From Candidatus Magasanikiibacteriota bacterium (GTDB taxonomy: Bacteria; Patescibacteriota; Patescibacteriia; Magasanikbacterales; GWA2-37-8), in NCBI GenBank assembly GCA_963840935.1, contig CAWJAS010000001.1, forward strand, positions 384,875-448,874: a stretch of DNA of 64,000 nucleotides, read 5' to 3'. The notes below the pieces were generated by a model. That model was not told where the DNA came from. It did not search any database and saw nothing but the letters and a program-made list of their open reading frames with translations. Shown here piece after piece: positions 27,456-36,266 of the stretch; the stretch's first letter is position 1; each line of letters opens with the position of its first letter. A program made the translations under genes and the position numbers.

Positions 27456-28862
27456 TTATTCTTTGTTTGATAATAATTTTTCTAATTTTTCCGCGTGTTT
27501 CTTCATTTTTTCAAAATAAAATGTTTTTTGAAGCGCCATGGCAAATTGACCGGAAAATGTTTGTAAAATTTGACGATCTTCCGGCAAATAAATATCACCT
27601 GATAATTTTTCTCCGATAAAAATTTGCGCCAATGTGTTTGAATCATATTCAGCATTAACAAGCATCGAATCGTCATCAATGGGCAAAATTTCAAAATCAG
27701 CTTCGTTAATAATTGTAATTCTTGAGTTGTGAGAATTTTTTTTGTGTAACAAAATTTTCTCTCTGTTTAAAAATATTTTTATTTCATTAGGTTTAAAAAC
27801 AGTGCAGAGAGTTTCCGCGGTTCTTTTTAATAAATCATGCAAATCCAAACTCAAGTTCATTGCCGAACTTAGCGCGTGGACGGCATCAGTATATGGTACG
27901 CGATCCTTGAAGAATATTTTGGTTGTTTTTTTCTGCAATAATTTTTTTAAGGGAGGGACTCCGATTGCGCCGAATAGCGCGGCGAATAATGAAGCGATGA
28001 AGTGATATTTTATGTCGGTAAAAGTGATTAAACTTGTGATTAAACTAATAAATAATAAATATAATCCGACCACTACTATTATGAGCAACGAGTATATTAA
28101 TGATTTTTGAATTATTATTTTAATATTTAATAATCCATGTTTGAGAATTGAATAGGTGAGTGTAATGCTTAAAAAAACAATGCTCTGGGGCCCGAGAGTG
28201 AAGTAAGATGTATTGCCAAATAATGGTAAAATTGCGTTACAAAACATGGTACAAAGAGACGCGATGCCAAAACCGACAAATATATAACTTATTTGAGCTT
28301 TTTGCGTTATCGTTGCTTTCCGACGCATTTGAATTACCCTGATTAAACTAAATATCCATAATAATACTGTGTAAACAAGCACATAATAATAAAGAGAGCC
28401 GGCGGTGGATTCCGCTACCATATTATATGGGAAATTTATTTCGGATATACTGTATTTTGAATAGGCAAATAAAGATAATATTATTCCCGGAGTATATATT
28501 AAGGCGATTTTAAGCTTGGTGATCGGGTGGCCGGTGAAAACCTCGATAAGATTGGCATACACCGCCATCGCAAAAATTGCTCCGACCAATGATGTGCCGG
28601 CCCAAAAAATAAATAAATTTTCAGTATATGAAATATCGGCAAATACATTTCCCACCAAGCAAATTGTGCTGGTCAAAAAAAGCGCCACCAAGTATCTTGC
28701 CAGCTTAATTTCCCATTTTTTAAAAATAAGAAAAGCCGCAAATCCCAAATTGATTATTACTAGAATTGCGGCTGAATAGGTGAAGGCGAACATAAAAAGT
28801 TTTTGATATATCAACGAAGATAAAACGGGTTGCGATATACAACAATCACCGAGAAATCGCAA
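27456..28862 (-). CDS. Polytopic membrane protein (7-8 TM) with cytoplasmic C-terminal domain; putative sensor
   Basis: Multiple hydrophobic helices over aa 20-300; soluble C-terminal ~170 aa; adjacent to the receiver-like gene. Confidence 0.45.
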   Translation of the reverse strand: MRFLGDCCISQPVLSSLIYQKLFMFAFTYSAAILVIINLGFAAFLIFKKWEIKLARYLVALFLTSTICLVGNVFADISYTENLFIFWAGTSLVGAIFAMAVYANLIEVFTGHPITKLKIALIYTPGIILSLFAYSKYSISEINFPYNMVAESTAGSLYYYVLVYTVLLWIFSLIRVIQMRRKATITQKAQISYIFVGFGIASLCTMFCNAILPLFGNTSYFTLGPQSIVFLSITLTYSILKHGLLNIKIIIQKSLIYSLLIIVVVGLYLLFISLITSLITFTDIKYHFIASLFAALFGAIGVPPLKKLLQKKTTKIFFKDRVPYTDAVHALSSAMNLSLDLHDLLKRTAETLCTVFKPNEIKIFLNREKILLHKKNSHNSRITIINEADFEILPIDDDSMLVNAEYDSNTLAQIFIGEKLSGDIYLPEDRQILQTFSGQFAMALQKTFYFEKMKKHAEKLEKLLSNKE

Positions 28863-29545
28863 CTTTGTGTATCTTTTAAGAAATTGGGGTATATGGTGTA
28901 CATAGAGAGTCCATTCCCCGTATAAAAACCAAGAATAGGATCTGATTTTTCAGGTTCCGGCAGGTCAAGGGCGGGGATGGGAGGGCAGGTAGCATCAAAC
29001 GTTCCGCGGGTTCGTTTTACAGTTTGAGCCGCGTACCAAAGAGCAATTTTAAATTCAGCATCTTTGTCTAACGAGTTCCTATTGATTATACCAAGATTAT
29101 GAATTTTCTCCAAGTAAGCATCAAAACCGGTGATACGCGATGTCCCAATCGCATACGGTTTTCCGCGAGATGTAATGTGCTTACCCAGATTTTTGATCAA
29201 AATTAATCCCACTCCGGGCGATATGGAGTCGAGTGTGATCATGCAAAAAGTGTTGCCATTGGGTTTGTGAGTATTCTTTGAATAACCACAGTCCGTAAGC
29301 TCGTCGTAGGTTTTGCATGAAATTGACTCTCCCGGATTAAAATCAATCAGCTGAAGATAACAGAAAGCCTTTACTTCCTCGTTTTTTTCAGCCACCAAAA
29401 AACCATCGGGATGGGTTTCGAGCCAGCACCTGACATGTTCCTCTCCAAACGGCGTACAGCCGGTGTGGGCAAACAATTGGTTTTCAATACTGACTATACT
29501 TGGAATGTCTTTTTCAGTTCCGTGTCTGATTGTGATACCCGCCAT
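28811..29545 (-). CDS. Hypothetical protein with N-terminal GNAT-like acetyltransferase fold
   Basis: ITIRHGTEKDIPSIVSIENQLF...GFLVAE pattern resembles a GNAT N-terminus; weak. Confidence 0.35.
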   Translation of the reverse strand: MAGITIRHGTEKDIPSIVSIENQLFAHTGCTPFGEEHVRCWLETHPDGFLVAEKNEEVKAFCYLQLIDFNPGESISCKTYDELTDCGYSKNTHKPNGNTFCMITLDSISPGVGLILIKNLGKHITSRGKPYAIGTSRITGFDAYLEKIHNLGIINRNSLDKDAEFKIALWYAAQTVKRTRGTFDATCPPIPALDLPEPEKSDPILGFYTGNGLSMYTIYPNFLKDTQSCDFSVIVVYRNPFYLR

Positions 29546-29672
29546 AGGGTCCTCCTTTTATGAGTTTCAGCTGAGTTATGTTGTGCCTTTTGAGTTTTAA
29601 AAAGAGCAGTCTTGGGATTTATCCACAGGACGGCTTCATTATACCACACTTTTTTTATTTTTTATGCACAGT

Positions 29673-30971
29673 TCAGATTTTGGCAAAAAGCATGGGGATG
29701 CCAAGTCGGCGACGCCCGTTTTCTCCGAGCAGTTTTTCTTTCTGTCGTTCGGATATGTCACCCCTGTCACCCAAGTGCGCGCCGAATTTTTGCGCCTCAA
29801 AACTGGAACCCAAAAAAACCGAGTGTTTGCCGAATCTGCCGGCCAGTTCATCAACACTTTCATAAAGCTTGACCATTTTTTGCATTTTGGCGCCCGAACT
29901 GAAAAGATCGGGTTGAAGTACAGCCGGATTTAAATCAGATAACACAACACCGGTGGCGCGAAAAATTTTACCTTTGCGAATAAGCGAGCCAAAAATATCA
30001 CGCGTTTGAGCGACAATTTCTTGCGGAATATTGGTTGGACGTAACAAGGCCATCTCCGCGCCAAAGTGACGGAAGTCCTGCGTGTGCAAAACAACAGTCG
30101 CCGAGCCGGCGTTCAATTTGTGTCGGCGCGCTTTGATGCAGGCGTTTTCAATATTTTTGGAAAGTTGTGAAAAAATAAAATCAGGATTTTCGGACGGGGG
30201 AGTGAATGTTTTGAATTTTTGAACCGAATAATATGATGACTTTTCTTCCATATGCAAAGGCATAACCGAAGCGCCGTTAAGTTCCTGCCAAATTTCCCAA
30301 AACGGTCGAGCGAGATTGCTCTTTACCCACCACTCATTGGCTCTGGCAAAATCTCCGGCAGTATAAAAATTATGCCGATTCAAAAATGAAGTGGTTGCTT
30401 CACCAATGCCCCAAACTTTTTCTACTGGCCATTTATCCAAAAATTTCCAACGGTCGCGAGTAGTAATAGCAGTCAGTCCGGATGGCTTTTTCCATTTGGA
30501 ACCGACTTTGGCGAGCACCTTGCTTGGCGCGAGCCCCATGGAAAAAGTGAAACCCAATTCACTATCCAAATCTTGTTTAATTTTTTGCGCCAAAGATAAA
30601 TAACCGGAGCCGTGGAGTTTGCCATAGCCGGTTAAGTCGGCAAAGCATTCGTCTATGCCATATTCTTCCACCGCATGCGTGTAGCGACGTACAATGGCGT
30701 ACAAACGGCGGGAGAGCAGGGAATAGGTTTCATAGTCGGACGGCAAAATGACTGCCTCAGGACAAATTCTGCGGATTTGAAATAACGGCATTCCGCGGGT
30801 GACCCCACGCGCCTTGGCTTCATAACTCATCGAAGAGGCAATCCCACGCTCCTTGCCGGTCACCACGGGTCGGCCTTTTAATTCCGGCCGGCGCGACTGT
30901 TCGCAAGAAGCAAAAAAAGCATCGCCGTCGACGTGCATAATCGCTTTTGGATAAGAAGATATGGCGAACAT
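29673..30971 (-). CDS. Y-family translesion DNA polymerase (DinB/UmuC-like)
   Basis: IMHVDGDAFFASCEQ (catalytic DxD...E), SMSYEAKARGV, VWGIG; immediately downstream of lexA on the same strand. Confidence 0.9.
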   Translation of the reverse strand: MFAISSYPKAIMHVDGDAFFASCEQSRRPELKGRPVVTGKERGIASSMSYEAKARGVTRGMPLFQIRRICPEAVILPSDYETYSLLSRRLYAIVRRYTHAVEEYGIDECFADLTGYGKLHGSGYLSLAQKIKQDLDSELGFTFSMGLAPSKVLAKVGSKWKKPSGLTAITTRDRWKFLDKWPVEKVWGIGEATTSFLNRHNFYTAGDFARANEWWVKSNLARPFWEIWQELNGASVMPLHMEEKSSYYSVQKFKTFTPPSENPDFIFSQLSKNIENACIKARRHKLNAGSATVVLHTQDFRHFGAEMALLRPTNIPQEIVAQTRDIFGSLIRKGKIFRATGVVLSDLNPAVLQPDLFSSGAKMQKMVKLYESVDELAGRFGKHSVFLGSSFEAQKFGAHLGDRGDISERQKEKLLGENGRRRLGIPMLFAKI

Positions 30972-30984
30972 AATTTTTTATTTC

Positions 30985-31046
30985 CCTCTCCTTTATAAGG
31001 AGAGGGTTAGGGTGAGGTAAATTTGTTTCCCCCTCTTACAAAGAGG
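30985..31046. repeat. Two adjacent GC-rich perfect hairpins (CCCTCTCCTT-TATA-AGGAGAGGG and CCCCCTCTT-ACA-AAGAGGGGG), each followed by TTAGGG(G)(T)GAG
   Basis: Read directly in the lexA / Y-polymerase intergenic region; related motif GGGAAGAGGGTTGGGGTGAGG recurs at 38243-38262. Confidence 0.6.
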
Positions 31047-31064
31047 GGGTTAGGGGGAGTCGAA

Positions 31065-31637
31065 TTATACTCTATATTTCCTCACCATTCCCACCACCAC
31101 CGCGGCGATATTTAATTCCTCGGTCGGCACAATCGGGCGATAACGGCGGTTGGCCGGAGCGAGCATGATTTTTTGACCGCTTTTGCGAAAATATTTGAGC
31201 GTCCAAGCATGATCAACTTCAGCCACCACCACATCGCCTTCGCGTGGTTGGCGTCCGCGTTCAACAAGCACCAAATCACCCGGCATGATTCCGGCTTCAA
31301 TCATGGAGTCGCCCGTAACTTTCAGCATATAGGTTGCTTCTTTGCGATTGATTAAATATTCTTCCAAATTCATGGTGTCGCATAATTCTTCTTCAGCCGG
31401 AGTGGGGAAGCCGGCGGCGATGTCGCCCAATAATGGCAATTCCAAAAATCTGCGACCCGGGGCAAGCCGTCCGCCGTCATCACGGCGCAAAAAACCTTCG
31501 TCAGCCAGTTTGGCCACGATTTTGTGCACCGCGTTTGTTGATTTGAGCCCGGCTTCGGCCATAAATTCGCGGTAGCTGGGCAATCGGCGATGTCTTTTAT
31601 AAAATTTGGTGAAGGTTGCCAGGTAATTTTTTCCCAT
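31065..31637 (-). CDS. lexA: LexA repressor (S24 peptidase)
   Basis: N-terminal HTH; cleavage-site AG in LGDIAAGFP; S24 catalytic region GDSMIEAGIMPGDLVLVER...K. Confidence 0.9.
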   Translation of the reverse strand: MGKNYLATFTKFYKRHRRLPSYREFMAEAGLKSTNAVHKIVAKLADEGFLRRDDGGRLAPGRRFLELPLLGDIAAGFPTPAEEELCDTMNLEEYLINRKEATYMLKVTGDSMIEAGIMPGDLVLVERGRQPREGDVVVAEVDHAWTLKYFRKSGQKIMLAPANRRYRPIVPTEELNIAAVVVGMVRKYRV

Positions 31638-31696
31638 ATAATTAATAGTTGTGTATAATTAGCATTGCTCACTTCATTCCCATGTGGTAGTATAGT

Positions 31697-31708
31697 GAAC
31701 ATGTGTTC
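31697..31708. promoter_or_regulatory. Cheo-box-type LexA operator GAAC-N4-GTTC within the palindrome GTGAACATGTGTTCAC
   Basis: Located in the divergent intergenic region between lexA (minus) and the Pif1-like helicase gene (plus); matches the Gram-positive-type SOS box consensus. Confidence 0.6.
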
Positions 31709-31745
31709 ACCTTGTCAATGTGGATAACTTTACCCCCAAAAAATT

Positions 31746-33137
31746 ATGTACAAAAAATACGCCAAGAAAAAGAAAAAAGAAAAGGCCTATGTCAGCCGGC
31801 CGACCAAAGAAGACCCCAATCGTTTTGACCATTTAATAATTAACGATGAATGGCAGACGGTTCTTGACGCGCTTGAAAACAGTCCGGAAAATATTTTTAT
31901 CACCGGACGGGCCGGCACCGGCAAATCCACCTTGCTTGATTATTGGCGGGCGCAAACCAAACAAAATATTGTGGTGCTCGCGCCAACAGGCGTAGCGGCG
32001 CTTAATGTTCGCGGTCAAACCATTCATTCATTTTTTGTGTTTCATCCGGGTATTACTCCGGCTGATGTGCGCCGTTATCCCACAAAAAAAGACGGTGAAA
32101 GCATTTACAAAAAAATCGACACCATTGTGATTGACGAAGTTTCCATGGTCAGAGCCGACCTTCTTGATTGCGTGGATAAATTTATGCGCTTGAACGGCCG
32201 AGACAAAGGCAAAGCTTTTGGCGGAGCGCGTCTCGTTGTTTTTGGCGATTTGCACCAGCTTCCGCCCGTTGTCACCGAAGCTGAGCGCGAAGCGTTTTTT
32301 TCACTTTATCGCACGCCGTATTTTTTTTCCGCCAATGTTTTGTGCGACCGTCGTTTAATCCAAATGGATAATGATTTTATCAAATATGAATTAACAGAAA
32401 TTCATCGTCAAAAAGACGCCAATTTTATCAAGCTATTAAATCGCGTGCGCGACAATGAAGCCACGGCCGAAGACCTATCAGAGCTTAATCAAAGACATGA
32501 CCCGGAATTCATATTTGACGAAGACGATTACCGAATTTATCTCACTGCCACCAATTATGTGGCGGCAGAAATAAACAACGCTCGCCTTAATCGTTTGTCC
32601 GAAAAACCGCAAATTTTTAAAGCCGATAAGTACGGGCACTTTGACGACCGAGTTCATCCGACCGACGAAGTTCTGCAACTCAAAGTCGGCGCGCAAGTGA
32701 TGCTTATCAACAACGATTCGGCCAAGCGATGGGTCAATGGCACAATCGGTCGAGTGGCGGAATTAAAAAAAGACACCTACAACTTGCCAATCGTAAAAGT
32801 AAAATTATCGGACGGTGAAGTGGTGGAAGTGGAGCCGTTCACCTGGAAATCGCATCGCTATCATTTTAATGTTTCAGCGCAAAAAGTGGAAGCCGAAGAA
32901 ATCGGTTCGTTCACTCAATTGCCTATCAAATTGGCTTGGGCGGTAACTATTCACAAAGCGCAGGGCAAAACTTTTGACCGTGTGGCTTTGGATATCGGCC
33001 GTGGCGCCTTTGCTTCGGGTCAACTCTATGTGGCGCTTTCGCGCTGTACCTCGCTTGAAGGATTAACCTTGGTCGCTCCGTTAATGCCACGCGACATCAT
33101 TACCGACCCGGTGGTGGTGGAATTTTTGCGCGGATAA
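31746..33137 (+). CDS. Pif1/RecD-family 5'-3' DNA helicase
   Basis: IFITGRAGTGKST Walker A, VVLAPTGVAALNV, VIDEVSM Walker B, AVTIHKAQGKTFDRV C-terminal motif. Confidence 0.85.
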   Translation: MYKKYAKKKKKEKAYVSRPTKEDPNRFDHLIINDEWQTVLDALENSPENIFITGRAGTGKSTLLDYWRAQTKQNIVVLAPTGVAALNVRGQTIHSFFVFHPGITPADVRRYPTKKDGESIYKKIDTIVIDEVSMVRADLLDCVDKFMRLNGRDKGKAFGGARLVVFGDLHQLPPVVTEAEREAFFSLYRTPYFFSANVLCDRRLIQMDNDFIKYELTEIHRQKDANFIKLLNRVRDNEATAEDLSELNQRHDPEFIFDEDDYRIYLTATNYVAAEINNARLNRLSEKPQIFKADKYGHFDDRVHPTDEVLQLKVGAQVMLINNDSAKRWVNGTIGRVAELKKDTYNLPIVKVKLSDGEVVEVEPFTWKSHRYHFNVSAQKVEAEEIGSFTQLPIKLAWAVTIHKAQGKTFDRVALDIGRGAFASGQLYVALSRCTSLEGLTLVAPLMPRDIITDPVVVEFLRG

Positions 33138-33181
33138 ATATTAATAATAAAAACCCTGTTAAATAATTTAACAGGGTAAAC

Positions 33182-33217
33182 AAAAACCCCTCTACCAGTT
33201 GGCGGAGGGGTTTTTTT
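33182..33217. terminator. Bidirectional terminator between the helicase gene and csp
   Basis: CCCCTC-TACCAGTTGGCG-GAGGGG hairpin flanked by an A-run and a T-run. Confidence 0.6.
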
Positions 33218-33227
33218 GAAATCATTA

Positions 33228-33431
33228 TTAGGCGCGAGCGACATTGATGGCGCGCGGACCTTTTTCTGATTGCTCAACCTCAAAGGTTACAGCGTCTCCT
33301 TCACGTAATTCGTTGAAGGTGACACCTTGAAGAGATGAAGAATGAAAGAAAAGATCTTTTCCTTCTTCACCACCTTCAGTGGCGATAAAACCAAACCCTT
33401 TGTCGGTCAATCTTGCGATTTTTCCGTTCAT
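33228..33431 (-). CDS. csp: Cold-shock protein (CspA family)
   Basis: KGFGFI RNP1 motif and VFFHSS RNP2-like motif; 67 aa. Confidence 0.9.
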   Translation of the reverse strand: MNGKIARLTDKGFGFIATEGGEEGKDLFFHSSSLQGVTFNELREGDAVTFEVEQSEKGPRAINVARA

Positions 33432-33575
33432 AGATAGATTTTAGTGAACTAAGCTGCAAAGAAGGCCTCTGCAGAAATTCGACTAATTTCCACGTGGAAG
33501 CTTACTTTTTAGGTGTTTATTATAGCATAAAAATGGGGTTTTGTCAAGGGGGGCAACTAAAATATACCAATATTA

Positions 33576-33603
33576 TTGACATTCCTTCATAAAACTGTAT
33601 AAT
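33576..33603 (+). promoter_or_regulatory. Sigma-70-like promoter for the 33659 gene: TTGACA -N16- TATAAT
   Basis: Perfect consensus hexamers at 33576-33581 and 33598-33603; AGGAG RBS precedes ATG 33659. Confidence 0.5.
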
Positions 33604-33658
33604 CAAACCAAACGTTCATTACAAAAATACGGTAAAACACAGCAGAATAGGAGCAAAT

Positions 33659-34843
33659 ATGACAGGAATTGTAGCAAAGGTTCCGTGGGTAGAATTCGGT
33701 CATAAATTCAGGGAGACAGCGTTCGCTTTGATTAGGTGTGGAAATATTATTAGTTGGCCATTTTTTTCCAAAAAGGCCGGCAAGACCTACTGCGAATATA
33801 TGGCGGGTGAGTATGGCTTGGATATCGCGGATTTTTCCGGTGCCGTGGCCATGCTTGAAGCCTCTGACTTGTCTGATGGTTTGACTGAATTCGACATTTT
33901 GGTAGCGGATCTTTACGCCGGTCTTATCAAGGATGAGGTTCGGCCATCGCCTTTGGAGTTTATGGAAATTCTAGAAAAAACGATGAACCGACTCGAGCTT
34001 GGTACACCCGAACCGGAAGAGGATAAAGAGCCGGAGGGTGACATCGTTTTTAATGCGGTGTACGATGAGCAGTCTTTTTCTATAGCATGTTGCCGTTTTG
34101 TGGCAGACCACAACGGCCAGAAAATTTCTACTGAGCCGTTTTTTTCCCGGAATGCCGGCGATAGGATTATTATGAACATGAGAGATAATCTCAACATGTC
34201 GCGGGGTGCCATGAAGCGGATGGTTCGTGAACTCAACAGCAAGGGTTTGCCCATTCGAACAACCGAAATGGACTTGGCTCTCAGAAATTTTATCGCCTTT
34301 ACTCATCTTTGCAGAAGGTCAAAGCAGGCCAATAGACATTTGGAGACTTTGATTAAGGAAGATATGATGCTCAACCTTTTTGGGCCAAGGGGTTGGGGGA
34401 TTGACCAAGCGCCGGTATTGGATTTGTCTTTTGCTAACGGTAAACAAGGTATGATCGTCGGTCATGTTGACGACGGCGCTCCTGCTGATGTTTCGGAAGA
34501 TATTTGTCTTATGATTGAAAACAGCGTTGTGCTGTACGGCGTGCTCAAATGTGGCAATGTTCAGACTCAACCCTTCTTTTCCAAGCACTGCGCTTGGAAT
34601 TGTCTTACAGCCATGGTTTCTCAGTACGAGTTGAATGAAGACGATGTTGCCAAGACAGAGGTTGCTATTAATATGCTGGATATTTTTCCAGAAGAACCGG
34701 TCAATTATGATCGCGCGGCTTCCAGATTCATTCAGTTGTGTATAAAAACGAATCGGTCCAATCAAGCCTTTAACCACATATACAAACTGATAGAACTAGG
34801 TATCTTTTTAGATATGTTCGGCGACGAAAGCGATCCGTCGTAG
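33659..34843 (+). CDS. Hypothetical protein (394 aa) with internal duplication, no recognisable family; GC-richer than surroundings
   Basis: Repeats CGNIISWPFFSKKAGKTYCEYMAGEYGLD and CGNVQTQPFFSKHCAWNCLTAMVSQYELN; strong promoter, RBS and terminator. Confidence 0.5.
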   Translation: MTGIVAKVPWVEFGHKFRETAFALIRCGNIISWPFFSKKAGKTYCEYMAGEYGLDIADFSGAVAMLEASDLSDGLTEFDILVADLYAGLIKDEVRPSPLEFMEILEKTMNRLELGTPEPEEDKEPEGDIVFNAVYDEQSFSIACCRFVADHNGQKISTEPFFSRNAGDRIIMNMRDNLNMSRGAMKRMVRELNSKGLPIRTTEMDLALRNFIAFTHLCRRSKQANRHLETLIKEDMMLNLFGPRGWGIDQAPVLDLSFANGKQGMIVGHVDDGAPADVSEDICLMIENSVVLYGVLKCGNVQTQPFFSKHCAWNCLTAMVSQYELNEDDVAKTEVAINMLDIFPEEPVNYDRAASRFIQLCIKTNRSNQAFNHIYKLIELGIFLDMFGDESDPS

Positions 34844-34879
34844 CCGTTAAATTAATTCGTTCATTTTTTGAAAGTTTTG

Positions 34880-34909
34880 TGCCTGCGGGGTAACCGCAGG
34901 CGTTTTTTT
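34880..34909 (+). terminator. Rho-independent terminator of the 33659-34843 gene
   Basis: GCCTGCGG-GGTAA-CCGCAGGC followed by TTTTTTTT. Confidence 0.65.
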
Positions 34910-34943
34910 TAAAAAACCCCCACAACTTTTTAAAGCAGTGGGG
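34910..34943 (-). terminator. Terminator for the minus-strand gene 35014-35223
   Basis: CCCCCAC...GTGGGGG hairpin with a T-run on the minus strand (A-run 34910-34915 on plus). Confidence 0.55.
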
Positions 34944-35013
34944 GATTGTTTGCCCTTTGCGGGGGCAAAAATTGTCGAGCAAAATGATTTGCTGAATGAA
35001 CGGAAGGGGCGAA

Positions 35014-35223
35014 CTAGAACTCCATGATCCTGTCGTTCGGGCAGTGGATGCGGAAGTGCGCCGGTTCGGGGCAGGTGATTTTCCGATAACGCAGGAATTC
35101 CTTGTGCCGTTCCAAAAATTCCTTTTTGGCTTCGGCCAGGCTTTCGGCCTTGAGCGCACCGCTCATTCCACAAGCGTGGCAGTTGTAAAGGTAGTAACCG
35201 CTATATTCATTTTTGCTTTCCAT
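35014..35223 (-). CDS. Small Cys-rich (CxxC...C/H...C zinc-ribbon-like) protein, copy A
   Basis: 69 aa; CHAC..., CPEPAHFRIHC; paralog of 35370-35588; both end in EF and share 3' UTR CCCGCAAAG(G/A)GCAAACA plus terminator. Confidence 0.5.
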   Translation of the reverse strand: MESKNEYSGYYLYNCHACGMSGALKAESLAEAKKEFLERHKEFLRYRKITCPEPAHFRIHCPNDRIMEF

Positions 35224-35369
35224 TGCGCGAACCTCCTTTCAAATGAATATTTTTAACCTAGCATATTTTTTGTGTTTTGTAAAGCATTGGCGGATGAATG
35301 AGGAAAACGGCATAAAAGAAAAACCCCGCTTGTTTACGGGGTTTGTTTGCTCTTTGCGGGCAAGAAAGG

Positions 35370-35588
35370 TCAGAACTCGGTCGATGTTCCGTCAGGACTT
35401 TTGCAACGGTAGTGCGTAGCATCGCAGTGCGGGGCCTTGTGCACCATGTTGAAGTCGTCATGCAGGCGGAAGAACTTCACCTTGGCGGTATCAATATCCG
35501 AAGCATTATCAACGGTAACTCGCAGTCCGCATCCAATGCAAAAGAAAAAATACGAACCAATCTCGGCCGATTCATTCTCCATCGCCAT
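35370..35588 (-). CDS. Small Cys-rich zinc-ribbon-like protein, copy B
   Basis: 72 aa; CIGC..., HCDATHYRC; alignable to copy A (C.xCG...AK..F..H..F...C....H.RC). Confidence 0.5.
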   Translation of the reverse strand: MAMENESAEIGSYFFFCIGCGLRVTVDNASDIDTAKVKFFRLHDDFNMVHKAPHCDATHYRCKSPDGTSTEF

Positions 35589-35610
35589 TCTCCTTGTAAA
35601 ATGAACGTGT

Positions 35611-36096
35611 TTAAAGAGCGCGCCTTTTCATTTCTTCTTTGGCGCTGTTTAGCTTCTTATTGTACGATTCAAATTCCTTGGCCAAGATAATGTTCGCCCC
35701 TATCCAAATAATGACAGCAACCACGCAAGCCTGGATACCGCTCATTATTTCTTGGGTTACAAAATCATAAACCACAAAAGTAGTGAACATAGTAAAACAC
35801 AGCATCGCGCCGGCAATCATTCCCGTTGTCAGTCTATCAAGCGTAAACTTGTACGCTCCATCGCGATATTTACTTCTTGAATAAAAAGCCCGCAATAATC
35901 CGACAAACATACAAATGCAAAATAAAAAAATATAAGATGTACCAGAAAATGGTGGAGTGGTGTCAGCCGACTGTTGAAATATTCTATCAAGGATGGTTCT
36001 GGTTATGAAAATTGTAGGCAAAATAGTCAGCATCATAGTAATTTCTTCCAACAGAAAGATTTCCCAAGCCAACCGGCCGAGTTTTTTATTATCCAT
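35611..36096 (-). CDS. Small polytopic membrane protein (about 4 TM)
   Basis: ORF plus hydrophobicity; last gene of the minus-strand trio. Confidence 0.45.
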   Translation of the reverse strand: MDNKKLGRLAWEIFLLEEITMMLTILPTIFITRTILDRIFQQSADTTPPFSGTSYIFLFCICMFVGLLRAFYSRSKYRDGAYKFTLDRLTTGMIAGAMLCFTMFTTFVVYDFVTQEIMSGIQACVVAVIIWIGANIILAKEFESYNKKLNSAKEEMKRRAL

Positions 36097-36266
36097 TTTG
36101 GGCCCCTTTTCCTTTTTTTAAAGGAATTTGAAATGTAAAAGTGCAAAAACACATAAGCAAATTAGCAATTATTAAGGCTTTTGTCAATAGAGCATCTTTT
36201 GACTTTTTGGGTTCAAAAGAGTATAATTAACACAAGTTTTCATTATAAATAAGCTAAAAAAGGCCT

